Below, in pieces: positions 55,086 to 64,000 of a stretch of DNA of 64,000 nucleotides (positions are counted from its first letter, which is position 1; every line of letters starts with the position of its first letter). This DNA is from Octopus vulgaris (Eukaryota): contig OX597814.1 in NCBI GenBank assembly GCA_951406725.2, positions 201,376,001 through 201,440,000 on the forward strand, written 5' to 3'. The notes beneath the pieces are model-generated. The model was not told where the DNA came from, searched no databases, and saw nothing but the letters and a program-made list of their open reading frames with translations. The translations under genes and the position numbers were made by a program.

Positions 55086-55589
55086 AAAATCGTTATTTAT
55101 TGTAGAAAAAAAAACAGCTCTTCAATCAGAATCTGTTCATTTGATGTAATATTTGTGTGTTTTTTAACGTATATTAAATATATTGTATTTATTTTATGAC
55201 TGTTATATCAAAGAGCAGCAAGATGGCTATATTTCTGATGTCTTTCTTAGTGCAAAGAAAGATATATTGTTGAAATATGTTTAAATTTCAGTTGCTTAGT
55301 TTGTTCACTTCGACATGACTTCACGAGATGCAACTGATACCAGTTCCTACGAAGAGAGGAAAGAAAGTACGTTTTAATGACTGTGAATAAAACAGCATAA
55401 TGTTGTAATAAGTAATTTCAACCGGGTATTTAGTTTGTTGAAACTCTATCATAGATCAAAGAATCTAATTAGGACGTGGTGTTCCAAGAATAATTCAGTC
55501 ACTGATAACTTTTTAACTAATGGTTCATTCTTCATAATTGAATTTTAATCATTTTAAAATAGATCGTCTTTTCTTTTCAATGTTGAACG

Positions 55590-57385
55590 ACATGTTAAGT
55601 TAAGCGTTGCAAGTTCAATGATTCCATGCTTAAAATTCTGTTTAAAATATTCATCAACGTAAGCAGTGGAATTTCTTTGTCTTGTTTGTTTGCATTAGAC
55701 ATAATCTGTATTGCTGCATTGCACCATTCATTTCATCTGTTTGGTGGTGGGTTGCCATGAATCAATTCTAGGCATATGAATACTCTTTCAAATTGAAAAT
55801 GCCCCAAATTCACTTTTCAAACTGAACACTGTGGTTTGTGCGAACAGAGCTTGGAGCATCGAACAATGTTAATAATGAGGAGAGGCTTTAACTAATAGCT
55901 TTGTAAAGTGGCTTTCCTGAAGGGAAATGTAAAAGGTTAATATGCATGAAACTATAAAATATAAAAAGTGAAAATGTAAAAGTTGTCTATTTTAGTATTT
56001 TATTTTAAACCAATAATATCCATTGACAACAACTGCCAAAGTTTTGTGGATTTTCTAAGTTTCCCTACAATAATTTTTTGATGAACTTAGTCAATGAATA
56101 TTTAATGTTTTAGGGGTTTCTTAACCCTTTCGTTGCCAACCCATCTGAAACCGGCTCTGGCTCTGAGTACGAATGTCTTGTTTTTATAAGTTTTGAATTA
56201 AAATCTTACACCAAACCTTAGTCACAATTTATGTTCCTAACACTAGCTTAATGATAACTAAGTTATTATACTAAATTCTTTGTTATATTTAAAGTAATTG
56301 AAAGAAACACAGATCATCTCAAAATACTTCTCAAAACGAAATACTTTATGAAATTTTGTTTCAACACATACAGCAGAAACAGTCAAAGATGAACGTTTAC
56401 CTCTAAATTCAATTTTGATATTATGATTATTACACAAATTCCCAAGATGGCAAAACGACGTTTTCTACAGTAAACACAAAATTCTGTTATCGGATAATCA
56501 ATATTTTTACTCCAGTGTTTACAGTTTTTTTCTCCAATTTATGTTAAGCTTGTTTCTGTCAATAGATTTCAACTTTCGATATGATTTAAGGTAGCCCCCT
56601 AGGTTTCCTATTTTACTCAGACGGACCCTCATATCTATTCGATGTTCCAAAAATCCTATTATAATTTTATAATTAAATATTATTAGGAATTGTCTCAAAA
56701 GAATTAAAACATTTTGTGATTTGTTGAAATATAAACAATTTATAGCACAAAAATTATTTTAACAATAAAATATATGAACTCCCAAGGGTCTTGTGGGCTC
56801 TGTTTGAGAATCACTGACTTAAAGTATAATTCCCTACAAAGCCATATTTCCAGGACCTTCAGGAATGAGAGCCATTTCATTATCATTATCAATACGCTAG
56901 CAATGAATTTTCTCCAAATGATATTTCTGCTTGGGCGTTTGATTATATCTAACTACTATTCGGTCTGGCACCCACGTTTTCGATGTATTCTTACGAAATG
57001 CTCTGCAATCTTGCAATGAAGTTATTCTTTAAAAACACCATTGCAAAACACAAGAGCAAGTTTTGTCCTCTATTGAATTTTACTCCTCGACAGTGGAAAC
57101 GTATAAAATATGGTTATACTACAGACCAAGACATTAAAAGTGGTATCTTCCATTTCAACTGTAGAAATATTATCCGGCCACGAAAAAGATTCTCTCAGCT
57201 TTTTAGTCAAAACAAAATAATGGAAAATTGCCTTTAGATTGGTTTCCTTGCTTAGTACTGAGCAACAATGCATTTTTAACATCTTCCAGAAATCTTATAG
57301 GAAATGTACATTTCAATCTTTGTCTCAGAGAGCTTACAAAATCATTAATAGATTATCCAGGTTTGAATGAATATAGTCTTATTCC
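55590..57385 (-). mobile_element. Highly decayed Gypsy-like LTR retrotransposon remnant with MITE insertions
   Basis: KPG*SINDFVSSLRQ (gag-like, ~57320-57365), LHCKIAEHFVRIHRK (degenerate CCHC, ~56980-57020), LFDAPSSVRTNHSVQFE (integrase-like, ~55820-55870). Confidence 0.4.
56125..56325. mobile_element. piggyBac-type MITE fragment
   Basis: TTAA|CCCTTTCGTT terminus; other end not intact. Confidence 0.45.
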
Positions 57386-57518
57386 TTGAGGGAACATACA
57401 TATATATATATATATATATAACGGGAAGCTTTATGAAAATAAACAAAAGACGAAGGCAGGTGGAAAACAAACGAACAATTGTATTAGTATGGCGCTCAGG
57501 AAATATAAATAAAACAAG

Positions 57519-57556
57519 TCTTTAACGTTTCGAGCCTACGCTCTTCAACAGAAAGA
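57519..57556 (-). ncRNA. Minimal hammerhead of the Penelope pLTR (CUGUUGA core)
   Basis: UCUUU CUGUUGA a GAGC-GUAG-GCUC GAAAC GUU^ AAAGA. Confidence 0.8.
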
Positions 57557-57788
57557 TACACAGAGAGAGAAAAACACAGAAAGAGGAGAGAAAAAAAATG
57601 CGTGCAGTAGCTAACGAATCAACATGGCGATCTGATTTCGGCCAGAGGTCAAAGATCAAACATGAGACGCGAGAGTGAAATAAGGGGAGATAATAGGGTT
57701 GATAAAAGGGTTGAGGGACCAGCTAAAAGTGCGTGGGAGGGGTCTGGATGTGTGTATGTATAGGGTTGGTGTATGTATTAGTATGTAT

Positions 57789-57833
<45 letters not shown>

Positions 57834-58071
57834 AGAGAGTATTAGTGCGTAGGATTGGTCTGGACGTGCGTATGTATGGGGTTGGTGTATGTATTAGTAT
57901 GTATTAGTATGTATTAGTACGTATTAGTATGTATAGGTGTGTGTGTGTGTGTGTGAGAGAGTATAAGTGCGTATGCGGGGTCTGGACGTGTGTATGTATA
58001 GGGTTGGTGTAAGTATTAGTATGTACTAGTATGTATTAGTACGTATTAGTATGTATTAGTTGGTGTGTGTA

Positions 58072-60211
58072 TTAGTATGGCACATCATATGTGATGTGAT
58101 GTGTAAAGTCATGTGGTGTAGTGAGGAGAAGAGGGGGAGGGGGAGAATAGGGGGAGAGAAGGGGAGGGGAAGAAGAGGGAGAGGAGAAGGGGGAAGAGGA
58201 GAGGATGGGGGAGAAGGAAGGGGAGGAGGGGGATGAAGGAGGAAAGAGGGAGAGGGGGAGAGAGAGGGGGAGAGAGGGAGTGAGGGAGCAGAGGGAAGGG
58301 GAAGAGGGAGGGAGAAAGAGGGAAGAGGGGAAGGGGAGTAGGGGTGAAAAGATGAAGGACTGAAGAAGTAGGGGTCGGGGGGAGAAAGGATAGGTGAGGA
58401 GGGGGAGAGGGGGGTTAGATGAGGAGGGGGAGAGGGGGGTTAGATGAGGAGGGGGAGAGTTGAGACCAAATGGCGTATAAGAGCGAAGAGAGAAGATTAA
58501 TTCCTGTTCACGGCGCAAACGGGAATCCGGATGGCCTCTGTGTAAGGACAAACCGAACACAGATAGGTGTTGCAAGGAGTGACCGGTGGAGCGGAAATGG
58601 CGTGAGACCGGTGTGTCGTTCGCAAGGTGGATGTCACGAAGGTGTTCCGCGAACCGGTCAGCCAAGCGGCGTCCCGTTTGTCCGATGTACAAGGAATTGC
58701 AGAGAGAGCAAGAGATGCAATAGATAATATTGCTGGAGGTGCAGGTGAAGGAGTGGATGATGGGATAGGGTCGATGGTGGGTGCTAGTGAGGCGGGTGGT
58801 GTTGGAGAGGTAAGGGCAAGTGCGGCAACGTGGGCGGGAGCAGGGGAACGAGCCGGGTTGGGAGGTAGGGTCAGGGAAGGAGCTATGGACCAAAAGGTCT
58901 CGAAGGTTGTGGGCTCGTTTGAAAGAGGGGAGGGGTCGGTTAGGGAAGAGGTGTGAAGTGGACGGGTCGGACTGGAGATGACGGAAAGCTCGAAGAATGG
59001 TGCGTTGGAGACGTAGGGTCGTGGGGTGGTAAGTGAGGGGAAAAGGGAGGCGGGAGACTACAGGGCGGGTTCGGGGAGAGAGAGCAGATACACGGTCCAC
59101 GGACCGTGCTCTGGCAAGGGCGGTGTGGATAGTGGTGAGGGGGTATCCACGTAGGGTGAAGTGGTGAGCCATACGTTGAGACTGAGTCTCAAAGTCATGG
59201 TCGTCACTACAGAGCCTACGTAGACGGAGGAATTGGGAATAGGGGATGGAAAGCTTGGTGTGTTCTGGGTGGGAGGAAGAGAAGTTGAGGTATGAGTGTG
59301 AGTCTGTGTGTTTGTAGTGAATGGAGGTGGTAAGAGTGGAGTGAAGAATGCTAACCGAAATGTCGAGGAAGGAGACAGAGGTGTTGGAGATAGTGGAAGT
59401 GAAGTGGAGGGCTGGATGGAAAGATTGGACGAAAGAGAGGAAGGAATCTAGATGTTCGCGGGAGAGTGAGGTGGCACCGATAATGTCGTCAATATAACGA
59501 CCATATAGTTCAGGAGTGGGACCAGTGAAATTAGAGAATATTTGGGCCTCAACATAGCCAACGAACAGGTTCGCATAGTTGGGGCCCATTCGCGTTCCCA
59601 TTGCCACTCCCGAGACCTGATGGTAGAACTCGCCCGCGAACGAGAAGCAGTTCAGAGTAAGGACAAGTTCGGCCAGACGAATGAGTGTGGAGGTGTCAGG
59701 TACAGGGTTAGAGCGGAGGTCAAGAAAGTGTCGAAGGGCCTGCAGTCCTTCGTGGTGAGGGATAACAGTATAGAGGCTTTGGATGTCCATAGTAAAAAGG
59801 ATTTTGGAGGAGCCGGGAGGAAAGGAGAAAGAGTTGAAAAGCCGGAGAGCATGGTTGGTATCGTGGATGTGGGAGGGAAGAGATGCCACCAGGGGGGCAA
59901 GGACACGGTCGAGGTATTTAGAGATGAGCTCCGTGGGGCAGTTACAGGCGGAGACGATGGGGCGGCCAGGGTTGTTGGGTTTGTGGATTTTGGGGAGGAA
60001 GTAAATGGTGGGGGTACGTGGGGTTCGCACAATTAGGTTGGATGCGGTGCGGGGGAGACGGGAGGACGAGATGAGGTCTTGGACAGTAGAGGATACCGTC
60101 TGTTGGTAGCTACGTGTGGGGTTAGAGGGCAGAGGGGAATAGAAGGAGGTGTCATTGAGTTGGCGGAAAGCCTCGGCCCTATAGAGGTCCGCGCGCCACA
60201 CCACTACAGCT

Positions 60212-60213
<2 letters not shown>
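58072..60213 (-). CDS. Penelope-like RT plus GIY-YIG endonuclease (N-terminally truncated)
   Basis: GAVVVW, YFLPKIHK, GRPIVS, MDIQSLYT, GVAMGTRMGP, YIDD, FLDI, CSRPRCRTC linker, NIIY..CSLC..YIGQT, RFAEH, GLN; no internal stops. Confidence 0.95.
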
Positions 60214-60264
<51 letters not shown>

Positions 60265-60618
60265 AATTAGTAAATAAATGGCACAACTAAGTACCGATAT
60301 TTACTGGAAATAGCGAACGTAAAAATACGACGCCAATGTGTAGCTTCACCGCGTATGTATTAGCAAAATGCGTGTGTGCAACAAACTAGAGTAAAAAAAC
60401 GTCTTACCTCTATATATATACATACACACACACACATGTATGTATATATATATACGCAAAAAAGCTTATTCTAAAATCTAAGAGATGAACGCAGTAGTTG
60501 TACTAGCAAGTAATGTTCGTAGCCACTTCAACATTGCTGTTCTGTTCGAACGGACTTTACTGCGATTCTTTTAATCTCAAGAGGACATCTGCTTTAGCTG
60601 GTTAACGATGCGACGGGA

Positions 60619-60666
60619 CCAGCAGACCAGCCTGGTTTCGGGCTGTTTCTGCTTCTTCAGTACTGG
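60619..60666 (-). ncRNA. Type I hammerhead in a ~220-bp TA-embedded insert (60456-60674)
   Basis: CCAGUA CUGAAGA [weak stem II] GAAACCAG G CUG GUC^ UGCUGG. Confidence 0.75.
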
Positions 60667-60673
60667 ACACTTC

Positions 60674-60786
<113 letters not shown>

Positions 60787-60881
60787 CAAAAGAATAAGTC
60801 CCGGGGTCGAGTTGCTCGATTAAAGGCGGTGCTCCAACATGGCCGCAGTCAAATGACTGAAACAAGTAAAAGAGTAAAAGA

Positions 60882-60942
<61 letters not shown>

Positions 60943-61235
60943 CGTGTGTGTGTATATCTAAAACTGGTACTACATCTGCTTATGACAATGAGGTTTCCGG
61001 TGGATCTAATTCAACACAGCACCCTGCTTGTCAAATTCATGTGCAAGTGGCAGGGCACTCCACAGAATGCGTTGAGACTTGGTCCGATCAAATACAGTTG
61101 CAACTCATCTTTGCCACCAGAGTGAACAAGAGCAACGTGAAATAAGATGTCTTGCCCGAGGATACAACACTCAGCCAGGAATCGAACTCACAACTTTACA
61201 ATCGCGAACTGAATACCCCGACCAAAACACCTTCA
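60787..61235. mobile_element. SINE B 3' end (+) and decayed SINE D/C-like copy (-)
   Basis: Family tails and cores recognisable. Confidence 0.7.
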
Positions 61236-61852
61236 CTTATATGTGTGTGTGTGTGTGTGTTTAAAAATCACAAATAGTTATTATCATTACTTACATCATC
61301 ATCATCATCATCATCGTTATCCTCCCCTCCTCCTCCTCACCATCATCATCATCATCATCATCATCATTATCAGCAGCAACAGCAGCCTCATCATCGCTAA
61401 ATATTTGCACAATAGTTAGCGTTGGTGATTTTGTCGGTTTTGTTTGCTGACCATTAAGCCTCTACCCGTTGTTATCAGACAATCAACACATATCTTAAAA
61501 TTCTTGCTGTTCTGAGGAGACATGCTTTCAGAGGATTTACCAAGTTAATTGTTATGCTAATCATGCAAAGCCATTTAGTGATAATTCCACACAATGTATT
61601 CTAAGAAGAATTACTTTTTGCAAATCGAAAGCCTTTTAAATCTTCACTTTAGCTCCGTGTATTTACTCACTACTTTCTCACTTTCTCTTCTACTTTCACC
61701 CTTATGTCACGTGAACAGGCTGCATCTATTGCCATTCAAGTTTTAGTGTCTTTTTCTAGTTCAACGACATCTAATCTTTTATTATTATTTCTTTACTGGA
61801 CAGGCTTGGAATATAAAATACTGGTTTTAGTTGGAATATTTCCTTCAAACAG

Positions 61853-62454
61853 GGCGGCGAACTGGTAGAATCGTTAGCACGCCGGGCGAAATGCTTAGCA
61901 GTATTTCATCTGTCGCTACGTTCTGAGATCAAATTCTGCCGAGGTCGACTTTGCCTTTCATCCTTTCGAGGTCGATTAAATAAGTACCAGTTACGCACTG
62001 GGGTCGATGAAATCGACTTAATCCGTGTGTCTGTCCTTGTTTTTCCTCTCTGTGTTTAGCCCCTTGTTGGTAGTAAAGAAATAGATATTTCGTCTGCCGC
62101 TACGTTCTGAGTTCAAATTCCGCCGAGGTCGACTTTGCCTTTCATCATCTCGGGGTCGATTAAGTAAATATCAGTTACTCACTGGGGTCGATATAATCGA
62201 CTTAATCCGTTTGTTTGTCCTTGTTTGTCCTCTCTGTTTTTAGCCCCTTGTGGGTAGTAAAGAAATAGGTGCTTCGTCTGCCGTTATGTTCTGAGTTCAA
62301 ATTCCGCCGAGGTCGACTTTTCCTTTCATCCTTTCGGGATCGAATATAAATAAGTATCAGTTATGCACAGGGGTCGATGTACTCGACTTAATCCCTTTGT
62401 CTGTCCATGTTTGTCCCCTCCTATGTTTAGCCCCCTGTGGGCAATAAAGAAATA
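61853..62454 (+). mobile_element. SINE family A trimer
   Basis: 16-bp TSD AATATTTCCTTCAAAC (61835-61850, 62455-62470). Confidence 0.94.
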
Positions 62455-62613
62455 AATATTTCCTTCAAACTGACTGTCAAACTTTTGCAAAGAGCCTTAG
62501 ATAGAAAATGTCTGTCTGAGAATTGGAAAAGATCTAAAGAGAGAAAGTTTAGTGGATACTTAAATGTTTGCTTTGATATTCAATAGTTACATGTGCTAAA
62601 ATTATTATTATTA

Positions 62614-62658
<45 letters not shown>

Positions 62659-62736
62659 GCAAAAGAGAAGAGTGATGCACACTGGCCTTCATACTACAAC
62701 GAAGACCGGCCCACGTGGCGAAGTTTAGAGAAATCT

Positions 62737-62794
62737 TGTGGTTAGTAGCTCGCGCTCTTAACCCCAAGATGCCGAGGTCGATTCTAGGCAGTGA

Positions 62795-62857
<63 letters not shown>

Positions 62858-63006
62858 TATCGAAAAATACCTTAGGAATAAGAACCCAGGTTCGAAATTT
62901 CCCCAAGACACCTGATGAAGGCTGGAGGATATATCAACCGAAGCGTTGTGTTAACAACAAACAAGATCAGGACAAATATCCGTCAAACGTAAATAATGTA
63001 AATAAT
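62737..63006 (+). mobile_element. tRNA-like head, (AAT)n and hammerhead-bearing tail
   Basis: TGGTTAGT..CTCTTAA..CCGAG-GTCGATT-CTAGG-CAGTGACC, then GACAC CTGATGA A GGCTG..CAACC GAAGC GTT GTGTT. Confidence 0.6.
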
Positions 63007-63254
63007 CCAAGTACCAATCTCAAAATCCTAGCTGCCCCCAACACAGCAGTTTTTTGGCTCTGCTCTCATGTCAATTCCAATTTCTTTGACATATTTCTTG
63101 AACTTGGTTGTTAGTGTTCCAAGTGCTCTTACACCTACTGGAATGACAGACACTCTCCTCATAGTCCACATTCTTGCAATTTCGTCTTTTAGTAGTCTGT
63201 ACTTTTCAATCTTTTCTAGTTCTTTGTCATTTATGCGTGCATCCCTAAGTATTG

Positions 63255-63327
<73 letters not shown>

Positions 63328-63522
63328 TTTACTTCTCAGAGCTCTCGGTCATACTTTCCCTGGTTGATTCTGTGAGTGCGGACAGTAACCCGTTGTCAGA
63401 GGTCTCACGGGGTCTCTTTCCGCAAATTATTAGCTTTGGTACCTGGATGTTAACATACCATGGAAGACTCTCAACACCCAAGCATCAATCTCGTAATCCT
63501 TGATGTCCCCATGTCAATTCCA
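63007..63522 (-). mobile_element. Two R4/Dong-type (restriction-like endonuclease) LINE 3' fragments separated by (TAA)n
   Basis: DARINDKELEKIEKYRLLKDEIARMW..VIPVGVRALG..KTAVLGAARILRLVLG; second copy GTSRITRLMLGC* plus UTR and (TAA)n. Confidence 0.85.
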
Positions 63523-64000
63523 AACTACTACTACTACTACTACTGCTTGCTGCTGCTGCTGTTTCTGTCGTTGTTGTTGTTATCTTTACTGAATGTTGGG
63601 TCTTTTGATTTTACGGTATTCTATTCCTGGAATCCTTTAAATCTTCGGGAATTCAGTCGTAACTTTCAGTATAAAATGTTATTTGTCTATTTCTAGAGCA
63701 TGAAAATGCTATTGTGGAAAGTATTGATAGATTTAACCAATCAATTCTTGCTTATCGTCATATATTCCTCTAAATTTTAATGTTTGAGTTTGTGTTAACA
63801 CCTAGCTAGAACCAGTCGTCTTTAATTGCATTGAAATTTAAGTTTGCTAATTATGGCTCCACTAATGTCAGACGCTCGAGGTAAACTGACTTAAAGGAAG
63901 CTTTGCATCTCATAAATGCTCACTGATTTTCTTTCAGTTGCTCACATCAACTCGTTTTGGATGCATCAAACCAAACATATATTTATTGATTTCTTCATCA

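Larger units (their letters stand above)
57421..60213 (-). mobile_element. Penelope-like retroelement (Neptune-type), 5'-truncated, in (TA)n
   Basis: RT plus GIY-YIG ORF, pyrimidine-rich and minisatellite 3' UTR, hammerhead near the 3' end, (TA)n on both sides. Confidence 0.95.

Noticed and set aside
58470-60036. Plus-strand and alternate-frame ORFs over the Penelope element
   Set aside because: Shadow frames of the GC-richer RT ORF

Overview
AT-rich, gene-poor animal DNA whose repeats are consistent with an Octopus-type cephalopod (inferred from repeat architecture, not from a search). Most listed ORFs are microsatellite translation artefacts. The only long real ORF is a 5'-truncated, stop-free Penelope-like retroelement (RT plus GIY-YIG, Neptune-type) on the minus strand at 58.1-60.2 kb, inserted in (TA)n. 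The window also holds at least four tRNA-derived SINE families, non-autonomous Helitrons, hAT and piggyBac-type MITEs, and fragments of mariner, Tx1/L1, CR1/L2-group, RTE, R4/Dong and Gypsy elements. The main hidden layer is a set of unrelated short inserts in microsatellites that carry minimal type-I hammerhead ribozymes and/or 70-200 bp foldback arms, interpreted as Penelope-type pLTR ends. They include a hammerhead with a swapped G3-C8 core, a ~80-bp hammerhead-only insert, and a tRNA-headed hammerhead-tailed SINE candidate. Separately, a concatemeric SINE carries AATAAA only in its last unit and shares its 3' tail with a Tx1-clade LINE. A hairpin element contains an internal copy of its own circle junction.
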